Source: Vitrella brassicaformis CCMP3155 (lineage: Eukaryota; Protista; Chromerida). Taken from it: a DNA stretch of 64,000 bases. This document shows positions 24,091 to 36,800 of the stretch, piece after piece (positions within the stretch are counted from its first letter, which is position 1; the number at the start of each line of letters is the position of its first letter). The stretch lies in the NCBI GenBank assembly GCA_001179505.1, contig CDMY01000443.1, positions 1 to 64,000 on the forward strand. Direction: 5' to 3'. The notes beneath the pieces were generated by a model. It ran no database searches. It saw nothing but the letters and a program-made list of their open reading frames with translations, and was not told the origin of the DNA. The position numbers and the translations under genes were made by a program.

Positions 24091-25012
24091 CATGACTTCT
24101 GCCCATGGGGAAAACTGTTTTTGATTGGGTGACTCTGCTTCAGAGGAGCGGACAAGGAATACCAGAGCAGAAATCTGAAACTTGACACTCACATTGGTTT
24201 CTCTGAACCTGGTGGGAGTCGTCGAGAAAGAGAGACGGCCTGTAAAAAAATCAGCATTCCGCCTGCAGACAAAGAGAGCCAGAGCAGCACGTGTACGACA
24301 ACGAAACGGGTCAGACATTCATCGTGACATGCCATCCGTACATCGCACCATCACTACAGTCAAGAGGCACGACGCACTAGGCCACACACCCCACCGAAAT
24401 GGTTATCAGCTTCTTCGTCGCTGCTGGACAGCAGGTCCTCCTCGTCTTTGCTACAACACCGGCACATGCAGCAGACACACGCATTATCACACCGCACCAC
24501 CGCACCACCACACACTTGTACTGACCTGCTGGAGCCTCAGGTTTTCTCGAGAGAAACTTTGAGAAAGAAGGAAGGTGCCGTCACGCTCAGCCGCCACCGG
24601 GCAGGCGTCAGGCGCTCCGCAGAAGCCACTGCGCTGGTCTCCTTGTTGGGAAGGCAGGTGGACGAAAAAAGTGGCGGCCGACGTCGCGCAAGAGAACAGG
24701 CGTTGGGATGGGATGGGGCAGGCAACATCCGACGAAGACCAGGTAAAAACACAAGGATACGGAGGAGATGTGGCCGGAGGAAGGCAGCAGAGCAGTGGAA
24801 AGCGTGAAATGCCTGGAAATTGTGTTGAACGGTCTTTTTTCTCGTCTCCCGTCTCGGGGGCGAGATTTTTTCGCGCGAGCTTTTTCTGCGAGCTTAGAAA
24901 TTGGTTGACTTTCTTTTGTGTTCCGAACATTACCCGATTACCCACCGGCAAATTCATCGTTCCCTAATGATTTGCAAAGCGGCTCCTTCATCATCACTGA
25001 AGAGAGATCTGT

Positions 25013-26172
25013 GATGGAAGGGTCAGAGGCGCAGCCGCTGACTCATCCAGTAGGGGACCGCCCGAGCCGGCGCTCGTGTCTGCTCTCGCGTGATGCCGTC
25101 CCTGCCATCGGCATATGCATCCTCATCATCGGATCTATCGCCACGGTAATTGATCAGACAACTTTTTTTTTCGCTGTCGCGCTTGGTTGGTGCATTTTCT
25201 GTGACGTCTGCGTGTGTGCCAGGTGTGGTCTGTCGGCAAGAAGAACATCGTCAATGAGGTCAAACACGGACAAACACACACGAAGAGCAATATTGAGAGC
25301 ACGGTCGGAGCATCTGTGGGCATGCTGCTGTTGCTGTGTCAGGCCAAAGTGTGGTTCGGGGGTGAGGATTGGCAGGAGCATCCACTCAAAAACGGCACGC
25401 TGGCCACATGCATATTCACGCTGGGCGTCGTCCTATGCATACCGGTCGGCTACCGCTGCAAACGGAAGAATGGGAAGAAATCAGTGCAGAGGTATTTCTT
25501 TTCCGCAGGTTTCACTGATGGAGCTAGCCTATGGCGCGTTTTTCCGATGGTAAGCACTCGATCCAAGCGTTCGCGACAGCCAGCTGTGTGTGTGTGTGTG
25601 TGGCAGGTGGGCGCTGGTCATCTGTCTGATTGGCAAGACCGTCGGCAGCATGATATCTTTCGGCATTGGGAAGGTGGCGTGCAAAGGAGCTTTCGAATCG
25701 CTCATGCAGAAGTGAGCCGAACCGAACACAAAACGTCCTTACAAAACGTCCTTCCATCCCTCCTCTTTGTGGGCGGCCTCGTTGTCCAGCAATCGCCACT
25801 TTCAGTTTGTGGCATCCCTTGTGCGTGGCGAGGAGCTCTGCAATTTACTGCTCATACGGGCGACCTACGTGCCGATATGGATCAAAAACTACGGTGAGTA
25901 CAGTCACAGACACGGGCATAAACTCCTGTGATTGCTGTCACCCGTCTGTCTGTGGGTCCGTCCCATGCATGGTTCAGGCATGGCGATGTTAGAGGTGAGT
26001 TGGTGGAACTTCTTCATCGCCGTCATGATATGCGGCCCGCCTTACACACTCCTCTCTGTCTCCGTCGGGGCCACCGCAAGGGACTTCGTCGACGCAATCA
26101 ACACCAGCAGCACACGTGAGCTCACTCACACCACAACACACAACACGCCATTGGTCCTCTGAATCAACTCTC

Positions 26173-26203
<31 letters not shown>

Positions 26204-26441
26204 AGACCCTCTGCGTCTCGCGGGTCTCTTCTTGTCGCTGGTCTTTACCATTCTGCTGGCGTATTTCTTCCACAAGCAGTACAAGCGGATGATCATGTCC
26301 CGCGCCAGCCACGCCGCACGCAACGACGGCCAGAGTCTCGAGGAGGGGCCGGCACCCGAACAGCATGACATCGGCGAAAATGGAGCTAGGGAGCCGAGCT
26401 TCACGACAACGGAGCCCGCCAGGCAGCCCCACGTCTACTGA
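25013..26441 (+). CDS. TVP38/TMEM64 (VTT/SNARE-associated, DedA superfamily) membrane protein
   Basis: Multiple hydrophobic exons: TCIFTLGVVLCIP | VSLMELAYGAFFRW | WALVICLIGKTVGSMISFGIGRW | LLLIRATYVPIWIKNYG | MAMLEVSWWNFF...PYTLLSVSVG | LAGLFLSLVFTILLAYFF. G..G....F..GR and R...P...NY are DedA/VTT motifs. Confidence 0.8.
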
Positions 26442-26960
26442 AGACGTTGGAGTGTACGAAGACTCGTATACACATGCGCACTGTGTATTCGCTACTCTTG
26501 TCTGATCGGCTGCACCGGAGTTTTTCGCCTTTTGCACGCGCGTTGACTTGACACACCTGCCATCCGTCCTGCATGCCTTAAGCGCTTGAGGTTTTGTCAC
26601 GGCTAATGAGGTGGTGAAGTCAGAAGAGGCCAGGACCGGGGCAGGGGCAGGTGAGTGACGCATGCATGTGCTCCGTGCAGACCTACCTGTGTGTGTGTGT
26701 TGGGGTGTGTGTGTGTGTGTGTGACTTTTGTCGGTTTTGTCTTTATCTGTAGACTACCGTATGTTCAATTCAATGAGATCATGTTGCACATCCATCCATC
26801 CATCCATTCACCCATCCATCGACTACCTCGGCCGCGCCACCACCCTCACCCTCACCCTCACTCGTCCTCGCTCGCCCATGCACACACAGGCACACACACA
26901 TCGCTGCTACCTATCTGTGGGCGTCCCGCTGTCCATCCATCCATCTGTCTAGCTGGCAGA

Positions 26961-29553
26961 CTACGCGGCCTTGCCTTGGGCCTCTGCCGGCGGCGATGTC
27001 TGCGCCGGCTCGGCCACCGACGATGCACCTGATGTGCCGATCTCGATGCGACGCTTCTTAACTTGCAAGGGCCCTTCGCCGATCTCCCTGGAACGACACA
27101 AAAAGCGGCAATACACAGCGAGCAGACGAGCGTTGTTGATGAGGTTTGTGTCTCTGTCTGGCATCTCACTTGGCCTGTGCTACGATGACGGTCTCTTTGG
27201 TGTGGTCCAGCTGGGGGGCGCCGAACGAAGCATCCATCTGAGAAACAGACACGGGGAAATGGGACTGCTCGCCTGCCTATCCACCTCTCTCCCTCACCCG
27301 TGCGAGTGCGTTGCCGAGTTTGCTGGCCTCTGTGATGACTTTGGCGCGCACCTCAGCCGTCATGACGTCACCCGAGCCCTCCTCCTCGCCCAAAGACTCC
27401 TCAGCCTTGGCGCCCGCCTGCACTCAGCAAATGGATGGATGAGACACGATGGATGGGAGGAATGGATGCGCTGCTTACTTGGATGAGGGCACGGTAGCGC
27501 TCCAGCTGCATGAATGGTGCATTCATGGCCGAGGTTAAGAGGGCACGTACACGGGGGCGCTTTGCGGGTGTGTGGTTGTGTGCACTCACTGACCTTGGTG
27601 TCTATCTCCTCTAGGTTCTCCTTGCGCGCAGCCTGCTCCTCAGCTGCACACCACACCAACACCAAGACACACATTAGACAGAGAAGGCATGGGACGGCAG
27701 GCCTGTCTGTCTGTCTGTCTGTCTGTATTACCGTCTAGTGTGACGCCATCGACATTGCTGAGGGCCTTCTCTATGTGCTCCTTCGCCAACTGACATCAAA
27801 CCGCACACAGAGAACATACGTGGTGCAACAAGTCGCGTGTTTTTTGTGGGATGCATGACCTCGAACGCTTTGATGACGTTTGCGTTGTCCTTCAGGTGCT
27901 CGTAGGCGTGGGCAGCCTCCATGCAACTGTACAAAAAACATCCACACAACACAACACACACACTCACAGATGTGTCTTCTCTCTCTGTCCTTGTCTGTGG
28001 GGGTATCTCTTACTTGTTGATGAGTTCGTGGTACGACAGTTTGTGCTCCAGGGCGGTCTTCATGCCGGCGTCGTACTCCTGCACACGCCACGCACACCAC
28101 AACCATACACACCCGTTCCAGACATGTGTGTGTGTATGCGTACCTGCACCGCCTGCTCAAAACGCTTTTGGATGGTCAGAAGGTCGCCCAGCCTGACAGA
28201 CAGACAGACAGACAGACAGACTGGGGCGCATGTCGGCATGCATGCCGTTCATGGGAGGTCTTTGTGCCCTCGACTGACTGTCTGTGTACACGCAGTACCG
28301 ACCGTGTTTTGGCGAAGAGGATGGCTTTGACGTCGCCCATGTCCACCTGCTCGCCCTCCTTCTGCTGCCTGCAGAATAAGAAATGTACACATGGATGAGT
28401 CCAAGCCAGCGAACGACCCCGTGAGCGCCTGCGCACTTGTCTATCTTGTCACGGTAGCACTTCCACCCCAACTCCAACGTGTCCCACGCCAACTGCATGA
28501 CATACATACATACACACACAAAACATGTGAACGTGCGTGCACGGGTGAGCGCATCTACGTAAATTCCTCCACGTACCGCCATGTCCTCCTCTGTATCGCC
28601 CTGCATCTCTTCGTCACCATCGTCACCATTCTCGCCGCTACCCTCACCCCCCTTGGCCCCCTCTTCATCCCCAGCCTTGACTACCTCCTCCCCTGCCCCC
28701 TTCTCCTTCTCCTTGGTCTCGCCGCCCGTCACCTCAGGGTCCTTGGTCTTGTTCTGCTCGGCCCCGCCATTGCCGTTGGTGGCGGTGGCAGTCTCGGGTT
28801 TCTTGTCCTCCTTCTCCCTCTCATTATTGTCCTTCATGTCCTCATCCTCGTCATCTTCCTGGTCGTCGCCATCCCCGCCGCCGCCACACATGACGTCGAT
28901 GAGGGGCTGCATGGTGTTGCGCATCAGATCCGCCTCCGAGTTCTCCAACAGGAAGTCGCTGACACACACACATACAAACGATAAGATGGTGTGGGGCGGT
29001 GGATCTCTGTGTCTGTGTGTGTTGTGTGTACCCGTAGTTGAGGTAGTAGGATGCGAGGTCGGGGTGGAGGCCGTTGGCGTCCTTGTGCTCCTCAGTCCTG
29101 CAGGCCATCAACACACAGATCAAGGAAAGCCGTGCAGCTAAGCCGTGCTTGCCGACCTGCGCGTGTCTGTGTGTGTACTTGATGGCGAGTGCCTTGGACA
29201 GGAACGCTGTGGCCTTCTGAATGTTGTCCGCCCGCAGCTCCATGGCCTTCTCCGTCAACAACTTGGCTACCACATCCGGACCTGACATCCATCATTTGGC
29301 CATCACAGCCCAGCAGCACAGATCTCCGTCAGATCCCCCCACTCCCTGGCTGCCTCTTACCTTTCTCCTTGACCATATCGTCATACATGGCTATCTCTGC
29401 GGCCTGCTCGTCCTCTTCGTCCTCCTCCTCCTCGCCCTCCTCCTGACCGCCCTCGCCCTCCTTTGCTATCTCCATTTTCGCATCCTCCGCCGCCTCCTGG
29501 GCCTGCTGCGCAGCCGTACCCGCGTCCTTCTCACCAGCAGAAGGCTCACTCAT
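26961..29553 (-). CDS. NASP: NASP/Sim3-like histone chaperone (SHNi-TPR)
   Basis: TPR helices KATAFLSKALAIK and LHPDLASYYLNYGDFLLE are followed by a long acidic insertion and the SHNi-TPR motif EEDM-QLAWDTLELGWKCY, then LGDLLTIQKRFEQAVQEY. A basic NLS-like VKKRRI lies near the C-terminus. Confidence 0.85.
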
Positions 29554-29658
29554 GGCGGCAGCAAAAGTGATCTCCAATTGGACCAGTGTCTACGCTTGTA
29601 AACTGAAGTAAAACTGAAGATTCGTTGACCGCGAACTTGATGGAGGATGGAGGCTAGG
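29554..29658. promoter_or_regulatory. Probable bidirectional promoter between NASP and the Kid-like kinesin
   Basis: 105 bp between divergent start codons; contains tandem taaactgaag-taaaactgaag (29599-29619). Confidence 0.5.
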
Positions 29659-32600
29659 ATGGAGGGGAAGGGGGAGAGTAGGACGGAGAATGTCCGAGTA
29701 TGGTAAGCGACTGCACAGAACCTTGACAGAGCCTGTGCCTCCAAGGCCGACATTGTTGCTTTCTCATGTAGTGCGAGGATTCGCCCGGTGCGTCCAGGTA
29801 AGGAGAGCAGCGACAAGTGTGTCGAGATCCCTGACCACCAGTCCCCAGCTGGTGATCAGGCTGCTGGGGCCGCAGCGGCAGCAGCTTCTTCCAGCAGCGC
29901 GGCTGCAGTAGCCAAGAGGGATGGCGATGCACGGCAGCTGCTGTTCAAAGACCCCAGGCACCGTGGGCAGGCAAAACTGTACACGTAAGATCATCAAGAT
30001 GCTCTATTCTACCCCACGAAGGCGTGTGTGTATGTGTCTAGGTTGGACGCTGTGTATGGTGAGGATGTGTCTACGAGAGCCATCTTCGAGAAGGAGTTCC
30101 AGCCGTGCATCGCCGACCTCTTCCAGGGCATCTCCACCACCATCTTCGCACACGGGGCGTCGGGCTCCGGCAAGACCCACACCATGCACGGCACAGTCGA
30201 TGGGCAGCCTGGTGTGGCGCAGATGTGTGTGGAGGAGTTGCTGAGCGTGAGGGAGAGGGAGGGGGCGAGCGTGCGGCTGCTCTTGTCGTTCTTTGAAATC
30301 TACAAAGAGAAGATACAGGACCTCATGCAGGTAGGTATCTGAGGAGCTGGGGAATGTGTGTGTCGTGTGTGTCCATGGAATGGTGCGCTGTTGTTTGCAT
30401 GTGTTCATGGCATATGCAGGAGGGTGAGACGGCGTTGAGCATGCTGCAGGGAGGGGATGGGCGCGTTGTTATCAAGGGCCTCACCGAGAGCCCCTTCGAT
30501 GACATCCACTCCTTCGACACAGCATACAGAAGGTACTACACCACATTGAAAGTCCTCGTCTGCTTGAGTGTGTGTCTGTCGGTGTCCGCAGGGCGTTGGG
30601 CAGGCGCATAGTCGGCAAAACTAGCCTCAATGAGGGTGCAGAGATGGCGAAATACCGGCCATGGATCGTTCCCTTCCCTCTTGTGTGGTGCATGCAGGTT
30701 CGAGTCGCAGCCATGCGTGTGTGCAGGTGAAGGTTGAGCGGCTCGACAGACAGCAGCAGATGAAGCGCGGACCCAAAGGTGCCTTACACCGAATGCACGT
30801 ACCCACACAAAACGATGTATGGGTCTGTCTGGGGATGCGACGTGGACATGCAGGTGCGTCGCTGATGACGTCTCACGACTTCAGCGCCCCTTTGACGGGA
30901 AAGCTGAGTCTCGTTGACCTGTCCGGCTCAGAGGACAACCGACAGACAGATAACACAGGTATGTGGGTGAGCAAAAGGCAGCTGCAGGGAGACCCACACT
31001 GCGACCGAATACCCATCAGGCGAGCGCATGGTGGAGTCTAACTTCATCAACACGTCGCTGTTCGCTCTCGGTGAGTGAACACACACACATACACACGGAC
31101 ACACAAAGAGAATATGGCCGACGCGTGTGTGCCATGTGTGTCTGATGGTGCAGGCAAAGTGATCGATGCGTTGAAGAAGGGTCTGCGTCGCGTGCCCTAC
31201 CGCGAGTCCAAGCTTACCCGACTCCTCGAGGACTGCCTGGGCGGCCGCAACCACGCCACCATGATCTGCACGGTATGTAGCCATCACGAATCACACATCG
31301 CTCAGTGGACGTATAGTTGCCTGGCCTCTATGTGTGTGCGTGTCTCCGTGCAGCTGAGCCCGTCCATCACGCACCACCAGGCCACATACAACACACTCAA
31401 ACTCTCCACCGAATGCATGTATGTCTACCCCACACTCACGCATCACACGCTTCTCCACACTTATTTTTTCATGTGGCATTTCTCAGGTCGGTTCAGAACA
31501 CGGTGGTCAGCGAGCCATCCGAAGCCGTCCCGGCCCAGCCCCCCGTCGATCGCAGGAAGCGCCCCCAGCTGGACAACAACCCTCCCCCGCAGGTCGACAA
31601 GAAGAAGCCTTCCAAGAAGCGCGCCCCGCAGCCGTCCATGGCACCCGCCGCCCCACCCACACCGCCCAAACGCCAGCGGCTCGACCCACAGCAGCAGCAG
31701 CAGCAACAACAGCAAGAGCAGCAGAAACAGAAGAGGAGGGAGCAGAAGCAGCGAGAACGGCGCATGTCTCGGATACCCATGCCATCCATGTCTCGCCGGG
31801 CATCGCGTCATGTCGAGAGGGGCTTCGTGGCGCCTGGGGGTTTTGGCTGTGGAGCGGGGCGTGCTGGGGATGTTGGGGAGTTGGAGGCTGCAGAGGCTGA
31901 TGAGGGTGCGGCTGGGTAAGAGCAGGAAGAGAGTGTGCTGTGTGTGCATTTCTCGGTTGGTTTCTCGTGTGGGTATGCCACCAGTTGGAATGTAGACCAG
32001 GGCAATCGCAACGAGGAGGGCGGTGCTGTGGCGGCTGCTGCTGCAGCTGGTCCAGCCACGGCGATCCGTCTGGTGCGTGAAGATGAGCCCATGCAGCCGT
32101 CACCACCCAACCGTCCCCCACTGGACGAGGACGCAGAGGTATGCACACACCCAAGAATCATGGCTGCCACGGTATAATGCGGCGTCTGGCCATCCGTCCA
32201 TCAGGACTGTGTAGCTGAGGCGATGGAGGCCGAGAAGCGCGGCGACCTGCAGGCTGCCGTCAAACACCTCAAACAAGGTAGGTCAGGCTGACCAATCGAA
32301 AGATAGATACGATCCAAATGGGTGTGGTGTGGGTGTGTTGCAGCCCTTCAGATCGGCGGGCCGAGGCTGGCGAAGAAGCGCTTGACCATCCGTCGTCACA
32401 TCGCCAAGCTGGGGGCCAACCACACACAGGATGGAGACGAACCTCAACAACGGGAAGAAGGACGACACCCACACGCCGCGGCACCTGCCGCCGCTGCTGC
32501 TGCTGCTGCTGCTGCTGCCGCGCCCCGCTGTCCGCCCCCTGTCGATGCTCCTGAAGACATCGCAGGCCTGCCAGCCCCCATGGACATCGATATTGACCGA

Positions 32601-33628
32601 CCCGCCATGATGCCCAGGCAGCCCCGGAAGAAGCGGCTGCAGCAGCTCGGCGAACCCATCATGCCCTCCCGCATCCCCAGGAGACGCAAGACGCCCAAGC
32701 CCGTCCCGCAGCCTCGCGACCCCTCACCGCCACCAGCAGCACCAGAGGATGAAGGCGAGGAGGACCCTCCGACGGTCATTCGGCTGTCACGGGGACCCAA
32801 CATGAGCATGGAGCGGATGAAGAAGCGAATGGACAACAACCGGCGGCAGCAGCAGATGAGGGGACGGGTGGGTGTGGATGCGGAAGAGGGTGACGCAGAG
32901 GAGTCCAGGAGGGTTCTCAAGCTGTCGGGCAAGGGCAAGCGGCGGGTCGTGAGGAAGAAGTACCCTCGGGGGGCGGCCGCCGCGATTGCTGACCACCAGC
33001 AGCAGGATTATCGTGTTGATGGGGGCAGGGCAGGCGAGAAGGGGGAGCGGGAGGACGGGGGTGAGGGCGGTGGTGATAGGGAGCCGTCAGAGTGCAGCAG
33101 CGTCGTGGCCATGGACCTAGACAATGCCGCTAGGGTATGCATGCGCACTTTTACCCACCGAACCACCCAGGCGCAGGTGTTGATGTGTGCAGGCCAGGTT
33201 GGAGTCCAGGTTGCTGGAGATGATCAACACAGCATCTCACAAGGAACTCAAGTCAGATGGAGACACACTTAGACGGCGACATGATAGCCGCGTGTGTGTG
33301 TGTGTTTGTGTGTGTGGATACAGGTCGTTGAAGCGCGTTGGTGACAAGGCTGCCGACGCCATTATAGCATACCGGTCATGCAACAACCCACTCAAATCGG
33401 TACATGCCTATGTGGGCAAAGAGAGATCTACAACTTCCATGACCAGAAAATGGAATATTATGCATGTTGTCGGCTGTGTGTGGTTGGGCGGGCACGGTGC
33501 AGCTGGATGAGTTGCCATTGATCGGCATCAATCGGTTCAACTGCAACAAGTTCATAGCTGACAATCTCAAGGACATGGCCAGCAAAGGCATGCACCACCA
33601 TGCCTCTGGCACTGGCGGTGTGGACTGA
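29659..33628 (+). CDS. Kinesin-10 (Kid/KIF22-like chromokinesin) with C-terminal helix-hairpin-helix DNA-binding domain
   Basis: ENVRVCARIRP; P-loop [11 protein letters not shown]; [13 protein letters not shown]; SSRSH; LVDLSGSED; [15 protein letters not shown]; [19 protein letters not shown]-terminal [31 protein letters not shown] is an HhH as in Kid. Confidence 0.9.
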
Positions 33629-33893
33629 TACAAATGGATGAATGGAGGAAGGGATCGATGGATAGACACCAATATACATACGTTCGTTGCGTGTATGGGA
33701 CATCCCTGAGACAATTTCTCTGTGCGGGGGGAGACACATGGGTTCGCACGTAACACTGAATCGTCCGTCGGTCGTCATTGTCACTTCATTGGGCAAATCA
33801 CACACCAACAAGCATGTGTACTCACCCCCCTTCCTCCTCACCCACCCACCACATTGACAGAGAGGCCGTCTCTGCCTGTCTGTCTGTCTGTCT

Positions 33894-36800
33894 CTATCGT
33901 GTGGTCATCCAGCCCCTCGACGGCAGTGGTGGCATATCATCCCCCACGTCGCTCCCTTCGCCCATCCCCACACCCACAGCCTTGAGCATCAGCTGCTGGG
34001 TCGCCGCAGCTCGGTTGGGCGTGTCAAGTATGGGTGTCCGCCTCTCCCTGTGGATCTTGCCCACCACCTGTGTCGACCAGTCTTTGCTTTTCCTCTCCTT
34101 CCTCTGCTCCCTAGTTGACGCCAGATAGCTCGCTGATTCATCGTGCTGCCGTGGCTGGCGGCGAATGATGTGTGCGAGGGTCTCGGGGTGCTGTCTGCGC
34201 TTTATGGCCAGGTGGAGGCATGCCCGTGGGGTGGTGTGGGTGCTGGCCTGGATGTCGTGGATCAGACGCTCGGCACGCTCACGCTCAGCCAGATTGAAAC
34301 GGGCCTAAATTGAAGGAGAGAGAGAGACACAAAATACCCACAGATACTCATCCTCTGTGCTCTTTTTCCCGACCGTTTGCGCAAGGAACTGTCTCCTTTC
34401 GGCTCGCCTTTCCGCTGCCGACTTGTGCGGTGTGCCAGCATCTTGCTGCTGTGGTTTGGCAGAGAGGTTGAATATGTCGGCCCTGGTGTCTGCCTCGAGG
34501 ATGATGCAGTTGTGTGGGGGCGGCGGGTGGATGAACAGCGTCTGATGCGGCAGCGCGGACCGGCGACGCGCGTCCCGTATCTTCAAACATCACAACCAAC
34601 ACAAACAAGAGACAGGAAATGCGAGCTGACCTGGTGTGCATTCTGTGCATACTTACCACAGCCCTTCTGGACTGCAGAACGGGCGGGTGTTTCAGCAGCT
34701 CCTCCCAGTCGGTGTGGGCCACGCTCGCAGCCCTGCTCTCACGATGGGCCGATGAGGACTTCTCCTCCTCCTCCTCCGCCTCCGCACCGAAGCGCAGCTG
34801 CCTCGCCTGCCCAGCCGTGGGAGGCACCGACTCTTCCTTCTCTTTGTCGGATGGTTCCTGCTCTTGCTGTGGCAGTGCTGTGCCGGGGGGTGGCGGTGAG
34901 GGGACAGATGGGGACGATCGGGTGGCAGGGGACGACGCATAAGATGGCGGAGCACCTGGGAGGGAGGCGCATGCATGCTTTCGTGGGTCTTTTGTCATGG
35001 GCTGCTTCCTTACCGATTCTGAGTGAAAACTCTGTGGATGCCATCGAGACGCTCTCCGTGTCGGCCCAGTCTATCATCATTCGGTCCCACGGAGCAGACT
35101 CCAAAAAGTCCCGCTTGCTCGTCCTTGATGTCGCCCTCGAGGCCACCCGGGGCATCTTGACGTGCAGCCGACTGCTCGACGACAAAGCCAACGCGCGGAG
35201 GTGCGAGCGGTCTGGGCGGTGGCCGCCCTTCTCAGAGACTGGATGCGCGCGGCCCTCATAATGGACGCTCCGACGCTTCGGGGGCTGTAGAATGGTAGGG
35301 ATGGAGAAAGAGATATACATGGATTGCCAAGAAGGATGTTCTGTCCGATTGATGGGTACCGGTTTGTCGGTCTCCTCTTCTCCCACGAGCAGCCGTGCCT
35401 CCCTGAATAGCGCCGACTGTCTTTCAGCGCTCTCGTCCAGCGGGTCGAAGTCCTCCAGCGCACTCTCACTCAGCAGCTCGGCCAGCCTCCCCGCATCCCC
35501 CCGGCCGCGCTTGCCCAGCAACTCCTCCTCGATGTCCTCAGCCAGTGGCAGCATCCTCACAGGCTCACCGATGCCATTGCCCCCGCCCTCATCGTCAATG
35601 TCCATTCGGTCAACCTGCACCATGGCTTTGCCGTATCTGACTTCTGCAATGTCTTCTGGGTCCTCTGTGGCCTGGCTGCTGCCGGGGCCACCCTGGTCCC
35701 CTGATGACGTGTGGTGGGAGTTGGATGAACGCCGGTTGGGGGTCGGCCGCGATGAGACATCCCCGGCACTGCGAGACACACCGCGGGTGAGTGCCTTGTT
35801 GCGGCCTATGCGTGGGAGGTAGTCAACACAACACAGAGGGAATAACGCGTTTGTGGTGAGCAGGGCCTGCCTCATCCGACGTACCTTGTGGTGAGTTGAT
35901 GCGCGACCGGCTGCGTGCCATTGAATGCCTGCTCGCCGGCATCGCACTGGGAGGCACCGGGGAGTTGCCGCTCCCTGCAGGCATGTTGGCCAGCTGCATC
36001 AGGTGCAGCTGGCTTTCCAACATGCCGATGACGCTGTTCTGCCGGACGGCCATGGGCGTCCCCTCACTCGACGGCCGCTGCTGCTGTGGCATGTCCCTCG
36101 AGGGCGGGATGGGGCTCACGGAGGGAGGAGGTGGGGTGGATGGCCGTCTTAAGGCGGGGCTTGTGTCGAACTCCTCGTCCAGGAGGGCCTGCTGCAGCAG
36201 AAGCTCGTCTGCCTCGACGCCACGCAGCGTGGAGAAGGCGCCCGGTGCCATTTTGAGGCGTCGGAGGTTGTAGCGGCACTTCTCGATGATGCTCTCGGTG
36301 GCCATTTCGCGAAATGACGGACCGTCCAGGGCGTTCACCACCCTGAGTGACCGGATACCCAGTGAGGTACGAGAAGGGTGTGTCTCTGGCGACGGATCGG
36401 TCAAGTTGCCGTCTCACTTTTTGTTGAATCCAAATACGAGGTGAGCCATGCGGTCGGCCTTGTCCGAGAGCACACGGATGTGCTGCAGCGTCTTGAGCGC
36501 CTCATCCTGGTGCGATGGCCGGTTGCAGTCGAGAGCTTCACTGACAATACATACAGCAAAGATGGCACATGACGTCCATCCATTTAAGATGTACACACAC
36601 ATTCTCTCCTCATTCCACCCTACCGCAGCAGCTGCTGCACGAACCCGGCCTCCACCAGCTTCTCTGTGAGCGACCTCGACCGCGCCGCTAGAAGCCCCAG
36701 CAGCAGCCCACGCATCAGATGAGAGACGTCCTCAATGCGGGTTTTTGCCTTGCTGAGCATCAACGGCTGCTTGTCCTTCGCCTGCAGCTGGTCCCTCGTC

